Shown: piece by piece, positions 1 to 9,169 of the stretch
Numbering within the stretch: position 1 is the stretch's first letter
Layout: each line of letters begins with the position of its first letter
DNA from: an uncultured delta proteobacterium
GTDB lineage: Bacteria > Myxococcota > Myxococcia > Myxococcales > Myxococcaceae
Reading direction: 5' to 3'
Assembly (NCBI GenBank): GCA_963776345.1
Contig: CAVZMH010000015.1
Span: 160,001-224,000 of the forward strand
DNA: 64,000 nt
Position numbers and translations under genes: made by a program
The notes under the pieces: model-generated
The model's input: the letters and a program-made list of their open reading frames with translations, nothing else
Told to the model about the DNA's origin: nothing
Database searches by the model: none

Positions 1-1
1 G

Positions 2-691
2 CACGCCACCTCCCGGCTGATCGGCGCGCCGGCGGGCTACGTCGGGTACCAGGACGGCGGGCAGCTGACCGAGGCGGTGCGCCGGCGCCCGAGCGCGGTG
101 GTGCTGCTGGACGAGGTGGAGAAGGCCCACCGCGACGTCCTGATGCTCCTGCTCCAGCTGCTCGAGGAGGGGCGGCTGACGGACGGCAAGGGCCGCCAGG
201 TCGACTTCTCCAGCACCGTGGTGGTGCTCACCTCCAACCTGGGCGCGGAGGCCTTCGGCCGGACGCGGGCCCGCGTGGGCTTCGGCTCTGACACGGCGGA
301 CGAGGGCGGCGCGGCGGCGGCGCTCACCGAGGCGCGGCGGGCGCTGCCTCCCGAGCTGTGGAACCGGATCGACGAGCGGCTGGTCTTCGGGGCGCTCGGA
401 CGCGAGGAGTTCCGGAAGATCGCCCGGATGCTGCTGGAGGAGAGCAGCCGGCGTCTGGCCGAGGAGCGGGGCATCGCCTTCGCCGCCGGGGACGACGTGG
501 TGGACGCGCTGCTCGACGACGAGGAGATGGACCCCCTGCTCGGCGCCCGCCCGGTGCGGCAGGTGGTCCAGCGCTGCATCGAGGCGCCGCTCGCCGAGCA
601 CATCCTCGCCGGGAAGGTGGCCGCCGGCAGCCGCGTCCGGGTGCGGGTGGTGAACGGGCGCATCCGCTTCGGCAGCGACACCCTGGGCTGA
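2..691 (+). CDS. ATP-dependent Clp protease ATP-binding subunit (ClpC/ClpB family), 3' part only
   Basis: Frame open from the window edge: SRLIGAPAGYVGY..GGQLTEAVRRRP, Walker B VVLLDEVEKAH, EEGRLTDGKGRQVDF, TSNLG, GARPVR; all are AAA-2 module motifs of Clp ATPases. Confidence 0.92.
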   Translation, partial: HATSRLIGAPAGYVGYQDGGQLTEAVRRRPSAVVLLDEVEKAHRDVLMLLLQLLEEGRLTDGKGRQVDFSSTVVVLTSNLGAEAFGRTRARVGFGSDTADEGGAAAALTEARRALPPELWNRIDERLVFGALGREEFRKIARMLLEESSRRLAEERGIAFAAGDDVVDALLDDEEMDPLLGARPVRQVVQRCIEAPLAEHILAGKVAAGSRVRVRVVNGRIRFGSDTLG

Positions 692-694
692 GCC

Positions 695-1576
695 GTGGCG
701 GCGACGAGCGCCCGGCGGCCCCGCGTGCTGGTGGTCGGCGTCGGCCGGCTGGGCAGCGCCCTCTCGGTCCAGCTCGGGAAGGCCGGATGGCCGGTGACAG
801 TGCGCACCCAGTCGCCCGCCGGTCGGCGCCAGGCGAGGCGGCTCGGGCTGGTCGAGGCCGATGCGGCAGCGACATCCCGGGCCGAGCTGTGCCTCCTCAC
901 GGTGCCGGACGCGGCGGTCGAGCCGGTGGCGCGTGCCGTGGCCCCGCTGCTCGGGCCATCCACGGGGCTGGTCCACTGCGCAGGCGCGCTGACGCTCGAG
1001 GTGCTGCAGCCCGCCGCGGCCGGTCGACCGACCGGGTCCTTTCACCCCCTGGTCTCGGTCACCGGGCCGGAGACGCCGCTCGGTGGCCACTCGGTCGCCA
1101 TCGCCACCCGGTCACGCATCCTCGCGCCGCAGCTCGGCCGGCTCGCGGAGGCGCTCGGGCTCCAGCCGCTCCGGGTCCCCGAGAACGGACGCGCGGCGTA
1201 CCACGCGGGGGCGGCCCTGGCGGCGAGCGGGCTGGTCTCGCTCCTCGACGCGGCGGTCGCCGCCTGGCGCGCGGCCGGCGTGCCCGAACGGGAGGCGATG
1301 GCGGCGCTGGTGGCGCTGATGCGATCGGCGCTTGCCGGAGCCGAGGCGCGGGGCACGGTCGCGGCGCTGACCGGTCCGGTCGTTCGCGGGGACGCCGAGG
1401 TGGTCCGGGCGCACGTTCGCGCCCTGCCCCCGGACGTCCTCCCCATCTACCTCGCGCTCCAGCAGCGGGTGCTCGCCCATGCCTCGAGGCGCCTCGCCCG
1501 CCCGGCGGTGGCCCGGGTGAGCGCGGTCCTCGGACCCGAGGCCGTCCAACCGCACCGACGCCCGCGCCGCGGCTGA
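695..1576 (+). CDS. Rossmann-fold DUF2520 family oxidoreductase (PanG-like)
   Basis: GVGRLG dinucleotide-binding motif, HCAGA, FHPL, YHAGAALAAS, ALTGPVVRGD..VV..H. Confidence 0.8.
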   Translation: MAATSARRPRVLVVGVGRLGSALSVQLGKAGWPVTVRTQSPAGRRQARRLGLVEADAAATSRAELCLLTVPDAAVEPVARAVAPLLGPSTGLVHCAGALTLEVLQPAAAGRPTGSFHPLVSVTGPETPLGGHSVAIATRSRILAPQLGRLAEALGLQPLRVPENGRAAYHAGAALAASGLVSLLDAAVAAWRAAGVPEREAMAALVALMRSALAGAEARGTVAALTGPVVRGDAEVVRAHVRALPPDVLPIYLALQQRVLAHASRRLARPAVARVSAVLGPEAVQPHRRPRRG

Positions 1577-1623
1577 GGCGCGGACAGCGACCCGAAGGAC
1601 TCGCTCAATCCGCCTCGAGTGGC

Positions 1624-2040
1624 TCAGCGCCGCCAGAGACGAAGCGCCATCGTTCCCGAGGCCACCACCATCGCCAGCGCGACCAGGACGAGCAGCAACG
1701 TGACGGCGGCTTCGGCGAGCGGCCCCGCGGAATGCCCGGCACCCGCGATGGGGGTCATCCTCGAGGTGCCGAGGATTCCGCCCGCAGTCGTCGTGGCCCA
1801 GTTCGCGAAGGTTCCGAAGACGAGAAGTCCATAGGTGAGGCGAGCGGCTCTCGGGCCCAGACCGAGCTCGTTCCAGGCGAGTCCGGCGATCATCAGGAAC
1901 ATCCCGTTCATCACCCCCTCGAGATGCCCGGCCAGCCCCGCCCGCGGGTTCCTCAGCTCCGGGATCACGAAGCCAGTGAGCAGCCCGAGGAGGAACAGCG
2001 TGATCCCAAGTCGAAGAAGACGCCGCGGGTAGCTCGGCAT
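1624..2040 (-). CDS. Hydroxylaminobenzene mutase HabA/HabB-like (StyC-related) membrane protein
   Basis: RRLLRLGITLFLLGLLTGF..NPRAGLAGHLEGVMNGMFL..GTFANW..MTPIAG closely resembles Hab mutases; four hydrophobic segments; start placed at ATG 2040. Confidence 0.75.
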   Translation of the reverse strand: MPSYPRRLLRLGITLFLLGLLTGFVIPELRNPRAGLAGHLEGVMNGMFLMIAGLAWNELGLGPRAARLTYGLLVFGTFANWATTTAGGILGTSRMTPIAGAGHSAGPLAEAAVTLLLVLVALAMVVASGTMALRLWRR

Positions 2041-2295
2041 GGACTGCTCGCCTCTCATTTCCATCAACCCATCCTGGATGAGGCGGCTCCGTCCTGCACC
2101 CCGCCTTGCGCCCCTCCTCGCGTGGCCCTCGCCGCGGGTCGGGTTGGACGCACTGGAGGGACGTAACTCCATGCCGATCCCCGAGTCTTTTCTCAGGTCT
2201 CGGAGACCTCGGCCTGAGCCGCAATGCCGCACGTGTGGCCCGTGGCGATTCCCCCCGGGCGACCGTCCGCTCTCCGCGACGACGGCGCCCCGCGC

Positions 2296-3591
2296 TCAGG
2301 GCGCGAGGATGATCCGCGGACCCTGCATCGCCTCGCGCACCGCCATCAGCGCGCCGTCCGACAGCGCCTCGGTCTCGGTCAGCCGCCGGAGCACCAGCTC
2401 GGAGTCCGTCGGGGCGCCGACGAGCAGCGCCTTCAGCTCGCCGAGCAGCGCCAGCGCCGCGTCCTCCATCTGCTTGCCCTGCGGCGTGGCCACGACCGGC
2501 TTCCCGGCCGTGCCGCCCAGGTACTTCGCGAACCCGTCCAAGGAAGCCCGCGTGGTCCGCGCGTCGTATTGCTCCAGCTTGGGCTGGAGCGCCGCCTTCG
2601 GCACGGTCAGGAGCCGCGGCACCCCACCCTGCGCCAGGCTCGGATGCGGCACCCCCACCTCCTGCATCGGGAACACGCCCAGGAGCCCGTCCTCCGGCGC
2701 CGGCGAGGTGTAGGGGACCACGTCCAGGAAGAGCGCGAGCGGGTCCACACCCTGCTTCGCCGCCTCCACGTCCTGCGGGTCGAGCGGCGGATAGGCCGTG
2801 GGCGCGCCGGTGAAGAGCAGTGGCAGCACCGCCTGCTCCCAGAACTCGTCCGGGGCCGAGCCGGTCTGCTTCGTGGCCGCCACCACCGTGAGCATCAGCT
2901 CGGCCAGCCGCGGCGCCTGCGGCGCCTGGTCACCGAAGCTCCTCGCCGGGTCGAGCCGGGCCAGCGCGCCGGCGATCTGCTGCTCGAACTGCGCCTTGGA
3001 CTCGGCCGACATCCGCTGGGCGCCGACCCGGGCCAGCGCGGCCCGGACGTCCGCCGACAGCACCGACGGCTTCGCCGCCCAGAGCTCCTTCACCCGCCGG
3101 CCATCGAGCAGCAAGAACTGGAGGAACCCCGGATCGAACAGCCGGGCGTAGTCCTCCGCCCGGAGCCGCACCGGCGCTACACCCGACGGCGCGAAGCGCG
3201 CCTGCGCCAGCGCCCGGCGAATGTCTGCAGTCACCTCGTCGAGCCGCTCGAGCTTGCCCCGGCCCAGCGCGTCGACCACTGCCTGGAACGGCGAGAGCAT
3301 CAGCACCGCCTCGGGGAACCCGAGCATTCCCCCCTCGGGCGCCTCGCGATGCGGGAACCAGAAGGCCTGGTCGCTGGCGATGAGCCGGTCGGCGAAGACG
3401 CCCGCGAGCCCCAGCGCCACCAGCTGGTGCTCGGGGTCCTCGGGCTGGAAGGGACCCATCAGGAGCTTGATGACGCCCTTCTCGATGTCCGCCCACGATG
3501 CCGACTCGAGGTCGACCGGGGCACTGGCCCGTGCCAGCAAGGCCGCAAGCTGCTGGGTTGCGGCGTCGAGATGTCCTGCGGAGGAAGCCAT
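2296..3591 (-). CDS. Hypothetical protein (431 aa)
   Basis: C-terminal part of ORF 2296..5220 from MASSAGH has natural codon use; the upstream part is an antisense shadow of 3625..6612. Confidence 0.8.
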   Translation of the reverse strand: MASSAGHLDAATQQLAALLARASAPVDLESASWADIEKGVIKLLMGPFQPEDPEHQLVALGLAGVFADRLIASDQAFWFPHREAPEGGMLGFPEAVLMLSPFQAVVDALGRGKLERLDEVTADIRRALAQARFAPSGVAPVRLRAEDYARLFDPGFLQFLLLDGRRVKELWAAKPSVLSADVRAALARVGAQRMSAESKAQFEQQIAGALARLDPARSFGDQAPQAPRLAELMLTVVAATKQTGSAPDEFWEQAVLPLLFTGAPTAYPPLDPQDVEAAKQGVDPLALFLDVVPYTSPAPEDGLLGVFPMQEVGVPHPSLAQGGVPRLLTVPKAALQPKLEQYDARTTRASLDGFAKYLGGTAGKPVVATPQGKQMEDAALALLGELKALLVGAPTDSELVLRRLTETEALSDGALMAVREAMQGPRIILAP

Positions 3592-3624
3592 GGGTGGGCC
3601 CCTTAGCGTAGAACCGGGGGCTCT

Positions 3625-6612
3625 GTGGAGACGCCCGGTGCCGGGAGGGGATTCCAGCTGGACGGTCGGACCCGGCTGGTCGCCCTGGTAGTCCTCCTGC
3701 TCGGGTCCGGGTGCGCCACGCTCGCCCCACGGTTCAGCCAGCCGGTCACCACCTCCTTCGCCCGGCAGCCGATGCGCACGCTGGAGACGGCGCGGGTCGA
3801 GCTGTACTACCCCGAATCGAAGCGCGACGAGGCCCTCCGGGTCATCCAGCGCCTCGACCGCTGCGTCGAGCTCCTGCGACGCAATCGCTTCTCCGGGACC
3901 GAGCGGCCCAAGGTTCTGGCCTACCTGACCACCGCCAACTTCGACAACGCCTACGTCCAGGCGCAGGTGGCCGGCCTCCCCCTCCAGATGGTGCTGGCCC
4001 ACCACTTCACCACCGAGTTCTTCAACCTCCTGGAGATCGGCGGGAACCACGTGGATGACGTCGCGTGCCACGAGGCGGTGCACTACGTGCAGTTCCAGGA
4101 GGTCGACGAGCTCTGGTACTACCTGAACCTCGCCTTCGGCGACCTGCTCGACCCGAACATCTTCACCGAGTCGTACTTCCTCGAGGGGATCGCCACCTAC
4201 TACGAGGGCCGGCTCGATCGGAACACCGGCCGCCCCCACAGCCCCATCTGGCGCGGGCTGTTCGAGTCGGGCGTGGCCCTCCGCAAGGGCGAGCTCTCCC
4301 CCGGCGACCTCTCCCCGGGACAGCGTGAGCTCCTGCCGTTCGGCGGGCAGTACCTCGCCGGGATGCACTTCATCGAGTGGCTCGCGCGCCGGTACGGGGC
4401 CGACAAGCTCTGGGCGCTGATCGACGTGCAGGGGCGGAGCTGGATCCCGGTGCTCGGCGTGTCGTTCCGCTTCATGTGGGTCTACGGGAAGGGCCCGGGC
4501 GAGCTGGTGGACGAGTGGCGCGAGTCGCTCCGCCACTCCGGACCCTGGCGGGAGCGGCCCCCTGCCCAGAAGGTGCTCGACCCCGACCTGGGGTACTTCG
4601 CCCGCCTCGCCTCGGCGCCCGACGGGACCCTGGCCACCGTCACCGCGGGCCTCGACTCGCCGGCGGAGCTGCGGATCCGCAACCCGGACGGCTCGCTCCG
4701 GCTCCAGCGCGCGCTCACCTATTTCTTCCCCGGCCGTCCGACCATCGCCACCAGCCCGCTCTCGGTCAGCGGCCTCTCCTTCGACGCCAGCGGACGGCAC
4801 CTCTACTTCGTCCTCGCCGACGTGAGCATCGACGGAGACACCGCGCCCAAGCTCCTCGAGCTCGACGCGAGCGACGGCGGCCTGCTCCGCACCTGGGAGA
4901 CGCCGGACTCGCTCGGCGGCGGGGTGGATCCGTCGGGCAGCCGCTACGTCTACGTCCGGAGCAACGCCGACACCGCGGACCTCTGGGACCTCGACCTCAC
5001 CACCGGCGCGCAGCGGAAGCTGAGCGACAACCGCGGCCGGCTCACCCTCGGGGCCCCGGCGCTCGCCGCCGATGGTCGCATCGTCTTCGCCCGGAAGATC
5101 GGCGACGACTTCGACCTCTGGCTCCGCACCGCCGATGGTGCCGAGCGTCCGCTGACCCGCGACGGGAGGTTCAACTACTCGCCGAGGTGGGACGGCCCGG
5201 ACCACGTCATCGCGCTTCACGAGGTGGAGGGGCGTACCCAGGCCGTCCGCATCGACGTCGGGACCGGGGAGATCACCGTCCTCACCGATGCGCCGTTCGT
5301 GGTGCTGGACCCGGTGCCGCTCCCCGGTGGCCGGCTGGCCTTCGTCAACCGCGAGGGATGGGGCTGGACGCTCGACCGGATGGACGTCGGGCCGGGCCGG
5401 CCGCTGCCTCCTGCCGACGCCGCGACGGCGTCCGCCGACACCGGGGCTCCCCCCGAGTCAGACGTGCCGGTCCTCTCGGACGAGCCCTACCAGGCGCTGG
5501 ACCACTTCCTGGTCCCCACCCTGCGGGGGCCGTTCATCTCCTTCGGCAGCCGCCAGCAGTACGGCGGGACCCAGAGCACCGTCTACGCCGGCGTCTCGCT
5601 CCAGGGCAGCGACCGCCTCGGCCTGCACCAGTACGCGCTCAACCTCGGCTACGAGACCAGCGACCCGGGCCCGACCTTCTCGATGGGCTACGGCAACTAC
5701 CAGCTGGCGCCGGTGTACCTCCAGGCCGTCATCTCCCGCGCCTCGGAGCCTGCGCTCCGGGACGTCTCCGACAACTCGTTCATCCCCAGCGTGGTGGACA
5801 TGAGCGGAGCCATCTCCGCCTCCCGGACCTTCTGGACCACCCCGCTCTCGCTCAACTTCTTCGGCGTGCACCGTCAGGAGGGCCTCGAGTCCGGGACGCG
5901 CAATGTGGACCTCCTCGGACCCGGCATCTCCAGCGCCTGGGCCGCGCTCGAGACGACGCCCTACGCGGGGGTGCGGCGGGGCATCTCGGTCACCGGCAGC
6001 GCCCAGCTCTTCTCCAAGGCGTTCGGCTCGGACTTCACCTTCGGGGACCTGCGGGCGACGACCGCCGTCTACCTCCCGCTCCCCTTCTGGGCCCGCCACA
6101 CCCTCCAGCTCTCGGTGCGGGGGCGGGCGCTCGCCGGAGCGCCGTCGCGGCTGCTCCGGGTCGGAGGCAGCAACCGGGGCTTCCTGGAGTGGGACTCGCA
6201 GCCAGACAAGTCGCAGCCGGGCACCGGGCTGGCCATCTTCCCGGACATCACCTTCCGCGAGCCGCTGCGCGGCTACGAGGACGCGACCCTCCGGTGCAAC
6301 GAGGTGGTCATCGCGGGAGCGCGGTACCGGGCGCCGATCATCGTCGACTACGGCTGGGCGTCGTTCCTGTGGATCCTCCCCTCGTTCTTCGTCCGGCAGG
6401 CCGACATCGAGGTGTTCGGCGAGTGGGCGCACACCTGGACGTCGGAGTCGTCGGGGCCGGCGAGCACGGGGGATCACCGGACGTTCGGCGGCGCAGTCTA
6501 CTTCCGCACCTTGTGGGGCTCGGGGGTGCCGCTGTCGTTCTACTACCAGTTCGCCGTGCGCCCAGACGACGGGCTCACCCCGCTGCACATCATCGGCGTA
6601 TCGCTCGAGTGA
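3625..6612 (+). CDS. Lipoprotein with HExxH metallopeptidase-like domain, TolB/PD40 beta-propeller and C-terminal outer-membrane beta-barrel-like region
   Basis: Lipobox LGSGC; CHEAVH plus downstream FLEGIATYYE; PD40-like repeats (FNYSPRWDG, GAPALAADGRIVF); amphipathic strands and LRGY motif near the C-terminus. Confidence 0.7.
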   Translation: METPGAGRGFQLDGRTRLVALVVLLLGSGCATLAPRFSQPVTTSFARQPMRTLETARVELYYPESKRDEALRVIQRLDRCVELLRRNRFSGTERPKVLAYLTTANFDNAYVQAQVAGLPLQMVLAHHFTTEFFNLLEIGGNHVDDVACHEAVHYVQFQEVDELWYYLNLAFGDLLDPNIFTESYFLEGIATYYEGRLDRNTGRPHSPIWRGLFESGVALRKGELSPGDLSPGQRELLPFGGQYLAGMHFIEWLARRYGADKLWALIDVQGRSWIPVLGVSFRFMWVYGKGPGELVDEWRESLRHSGPWRERPPAQKVLDPDLGYFARLASAPDGTLATVTAGLDSPAELRIRNPDGSLRLQRALTYFFPGRPTIATSPLSVSGLSFDASGRHLYFVLADVSIDGDTAPKLLELDASDGGLLRTWETPDSLGGGVDPSGSRYVYVRSNADTADLWDLDLTTGAQRKLSDNRGRLTLGAPALAADGRIVFARKIGDDFDLWLRTADGAERPLTRDGRFNYSPRWDGPDHVIALHEVEGRTQAVRIDVGTGEITVLTDAPFVVLDPVPLPGGRLAFVNREGWGWTLDRMDVGPGRPLPPADAATASADTGAPPESDVPVLSDEPYQALDHFLVPTLRGPFISFGSRQQYGGTQSTVYAGVSLQGSDRLGLHQYALNLGYETSDPGPTFSMGYGNYQLAPVYLQAVISRASEPALRDVSDNSFIPSVVDMSGAISASRTFWTTPLSLNFFGVHRQEGLESGTRNVDLLGPGISSAWAALETTPYAGVRRGISVTGSAQLFSKAFGSDFTFGDLRATTAVYLPLPFWARHTLQLSVRGRALAGAPSRLLRVGGSNRGFLEWDSQPDKSQPGTGLAIFPDITFREPLRGYEDATLRCNEVVIAGARYRAPIIVDYGWASFLWILPSFFVRQADIEVFGEWAHTWTSESSGPASTGDHRTFGGAVYFRTLWGSGVPLSFYYQFAVRPDDGLTPLHIIGVSLE

Positions 6613-6619
6613 CAGGGCC

Positions 6620-7174
6620 TCACCCGGCCGTGGCGTACAGCCCGTGCCGCTCGATGTAGGCGAGCACCTCGCGGTGGACGAGCCCCTCGCCTCCCCGCCC
6701 CGCGGCCAGCGCCGCTCGGACCTCGGTGCTCGACACCTTCGCCAGCGGCGGGCCGAGCGCCGCCGGGTCGGGATGCCCGGCGCGGTTGAGGATGACGATG
6801 CGCGCCAGCCGGCGGATCTCCTCCACCTCGCGCCAGCGCGGCAGCTCGGCGACGATGTCGCTGCCCACCACCAGCGTCCAGCGGCGCTCGGGCCAGCGGC
6901 GGTGCAGCGCCCGCAGCGTGTCCACCGTGTAGCCATCCCCGCCGAGCGAGGCCTCGATGTCCGACGTCGCCAGCCACCCCGCGGCGTCCCGGCACATCAG
7001 CTCGCACATCGCCATCCGGTGCGTGAAGTCGATCAGCGGCTTGCCGAACGGGTGGCGCGCCGCGGGCACGAACCACACCTGGTCCACCGGCTCGAGCGCC
7101 CGTACCACGTGCGCCGCGAGCAGGTGACCGAGGTGGGGCGGGTTGAACGACCCCCCGAGGAGCGCGACGTCCAT
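6620..7174 (-). CDS. nadD: Nicotinate-nucleotide adenylyltransferase
   Basis: LLGGSFNPPHLGH, YTVDTL, VGSD, VSSTEVR, YIERHGLY. Confidence 0.93.
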   Translation of the reverse strand: MDVALLGGSFNPPHLGHLLAAHVVRALEPVDQVWFVPAARHPFGKPLIDFTHRMAMCELMCRDAAGWLATSDIEASLGGDGYTVDTLRALHRRWPERRWTLVVGSDIVAELPRWREVEEIRRLARIVILNRAGHPDPAALGPPLAKVSSTEVRAALAAGRGGEGLVHREVLAYIERHGLYATAG

Positions 7175-7188
7175 GTCCGGCGGCGAGC

Positions 7189-8367
7189 CTAGCCGTACAG
7201 CAGATGAGGCGCCCGCCGTTCCAGGTAGGCTGCCTCCGCGCCGTCCAGCAGCCGGGCCACCTCCTCGAACTCCGCCCCGGCCTCCAGCGCCTGCCGCACC
7301 CGACCATTGCCGCACAGGAGATCGAACGCCGGTACGTCGGTCACGAACTCGTACGCCTCGGCCCGCCACTGGAAGCCGGAGCCGCCCTGCCGGCGCGCCT
7401 CGGCCACCACCGCCAGCCCCGTCCTCACCGAGGGAAAGACCGCCGGGTCCACCACGTGGAGGAACGCACCGGCGCAGCCCACGCCCCGGTGCTTGTCCCA
7501 GGTGGGGACGAAGTGCACCGGCCGCACCCGGAGGCCCGGGAGCGCATGCCGCTCCAGCGCCTCGGCGATGGCCTGCGCGTCGAGGTACGGCGCCCCGAAC
7601 TGCTCGAAGGGCCGGCAGGTGCCCCGGCCCTCCGAGACGTTGGTGCCCTCGAGGAGGCACATCCCGGGGTAGACCTGCGCCGTGTCCGGGGTGGGCATGT
7701 TCGGCGACGGAGGGATGAAGGGGAGCCCCGTGTCGGCCCAGCGCATCCGGCGTGACCAGCCCAGGCACGGCACCACGGCCAGGTCGCACCCGAAGCGCTC
7801 CTCGGCGTTGAGCATCCGCGCCAGCTCGCCGAGCGTCATGCCGTGCCGGTTGGGGAGCGGGTACAGCCCGACGAAGCTCCGGAACCCGGGCTCGACCAGG
7901 TTCCCCTCCACCCGCTCCCCACCGAGCGGATTCGGCCGGTCCAGCACCACGAAGCGCACGCTGGCCTTCGCGCACGCCTCCATCGCCAGGGCGAGCGTGT
8001 AGACGTACGTGTAGTAGCGCGCGCCGACGTCCTGGATGTCGAACACCACCACGTCGAGCCCGGCGAGCCACTCGGGCCGCGGCCGCAGCGACTCCGCCGT
8101 GCTCCCGTAGAGCGAGTGCACCGCCACGCCGGTGCGCGGATCTCGCGCCTCCCCCACCGCCTCCATGTACTGGACCTCGCCGCGCACCCCATGCTCGGGG
8201 CCGAAGAGCGCGGCCAGCGTCACGCCCGGCGCGGCCCGGAGGAGATCGGCGAGGTGACGGAAGCGGCCGTCCACGCTCGTCGGATTGACGATGGCGCCCA
8301 CCCGGAGCCCCCGCAGCGCGCGGAACTGCTCCGCCTCCCAGACGTCCAGCCCGGTCCTGACCCGCAT
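7189..8367 (-). CDS. namZ: Exo-beta-N-acetylmuramidase NamZ (DUF1343) family
   Basis: LFGPEHG, FDIQDVGARYYTY, LDRPNPLGG, HGMTLGELA, PSPNMPT, SEGRGT. Confidence 0.88.
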   Translation of the reverse strand: MRVRTGLDVWEAEQFRALRGLRVGAIVNPTSVDGRFRHLADLLRAAPGVTLAALFGPEHGVRGEVQYMEAVGEARDPRTGVAVHSLYGSTAESLRPRPEWLAGLDVVVFDIQDVGARYYTYVYTLALAMEACAKASVRFVVLDRPNPLGGERVEGNLVEPGFRSFVGLYPLPNRHGMTLGELARMLNAEERFGCDLAVVPCLGWSRRMRWADTGLPFIPPSPNMPTPDTAQVYPGMCLLEGTNVSEGRGTCRPFEQFGAPYLDAQAIAEALERHALPGLRVRPVHFVPTWDKHRGVGCAGAFLHVVDPAVFPSVRTGLAVVAEARRQGGSGFQWRAEAYEFVTDVPAFDLLCGNGRVRQALEAGAEFEEVARLLDGAEAAYLERRAPHLLYG

Positions 8368-8399
8368 CGCGGCCCAGCGTACCCCGGCCGCGCCAGGGC

Positions 8400-9083
8400 T
8401 CAACGGCGAGAGGCGTTCAGCGAGCGCATCGCCTTCTTCTGGGGCTCGAGCGATCTGAGGAGCGCGCTGGCCTGCTTCGACCGGCCCGTCCGGCCGTAGA
8501 AGTCGGCCAGGGCCCGGGTCACCACCGCGTTCTTCGGCTGCGCCTGGTGCACCGCGGTCAGCGTCCGCTCCGCCTGGGCGGCCTGCCCGGATTTCTCCTG
8601 GACGCTGGCCAGCTGGAGCTTGAGCCCGGTGTCCCCGTCGCCGGTGGAGATGAGGTACCGGAGCTCCTTCTCCGCCTCGGGCCAGTCCCCCGCCCGCTGG
8701 GCGAGCGCCGCCAGCCGCTGGTGTGCGTCGACGTAGTCGCTCCGGAGCGCGATGGCCCTCCGCTGCGCCTCGCGCGCGCCCGCGATGTCGCCCCGCTCCT
8801 CCTCCAGCACGCCCCAGAGGTGCACCGCCCTCGGGTTGTCCGGCGCGAGCGCGTAGGCCCAGCGGAGGTGCCAGTCCACCGTCTCCAGCGACTTGCCGAG
8901 CTTGAGACCCAGCCGCGCCGATTCCAGGTGGCCGTAGGGGGAGCGCGGCTCGCTCTGGGCCCACCACTCGGCCCAGGCCAGCGCGCCCACATCGTCGCCC
9001 CCGGCCTCGTGCGCGGCGATCTGCTCCAGCGGCGTCGAGCCCAGCAGGACCCCCACCAGCACCACCGCGGTCGCCGCCATCAT
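8400..9083 (-). CDS. Secreted tetratricopeptide repeat protein
   Basis: Signal-like N-terminus MMAATAVVLVGVLLG; TPR-like helices (AYALAPDNPRA, AIALRSDYVDAH); start uncertain. Confidence 0.7.
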   Translation of the reverse strand: MMAATAVVLVGVLLGSTPLEQIAAHEAGGDDVGALAWAEWWAQSEPRSPYGHLESARLGLKLGKSLETVDWHLRWAYALAPDNPRAVHLWGVLEEERGDIAGAREAQRRAIALRSDYVDAHQRLAALAQRAGDWPEAEKELRYLISTGDGDTGLKLQLASVQEKSGQAAQAERTLTAVHQAQPKNAVVTRALADFYGRTGRSKQASALLRSLEPQKKAMRSLNASRR

Positions 9084-9169
9084 CTCGGCCCAGGATGGTA
9101 CCGAAGCGAGTGCCGGGCCCTCAACCCGCTTGACCAGACCACCCGCGCCGCAACAGAACGCTCCGCGCC

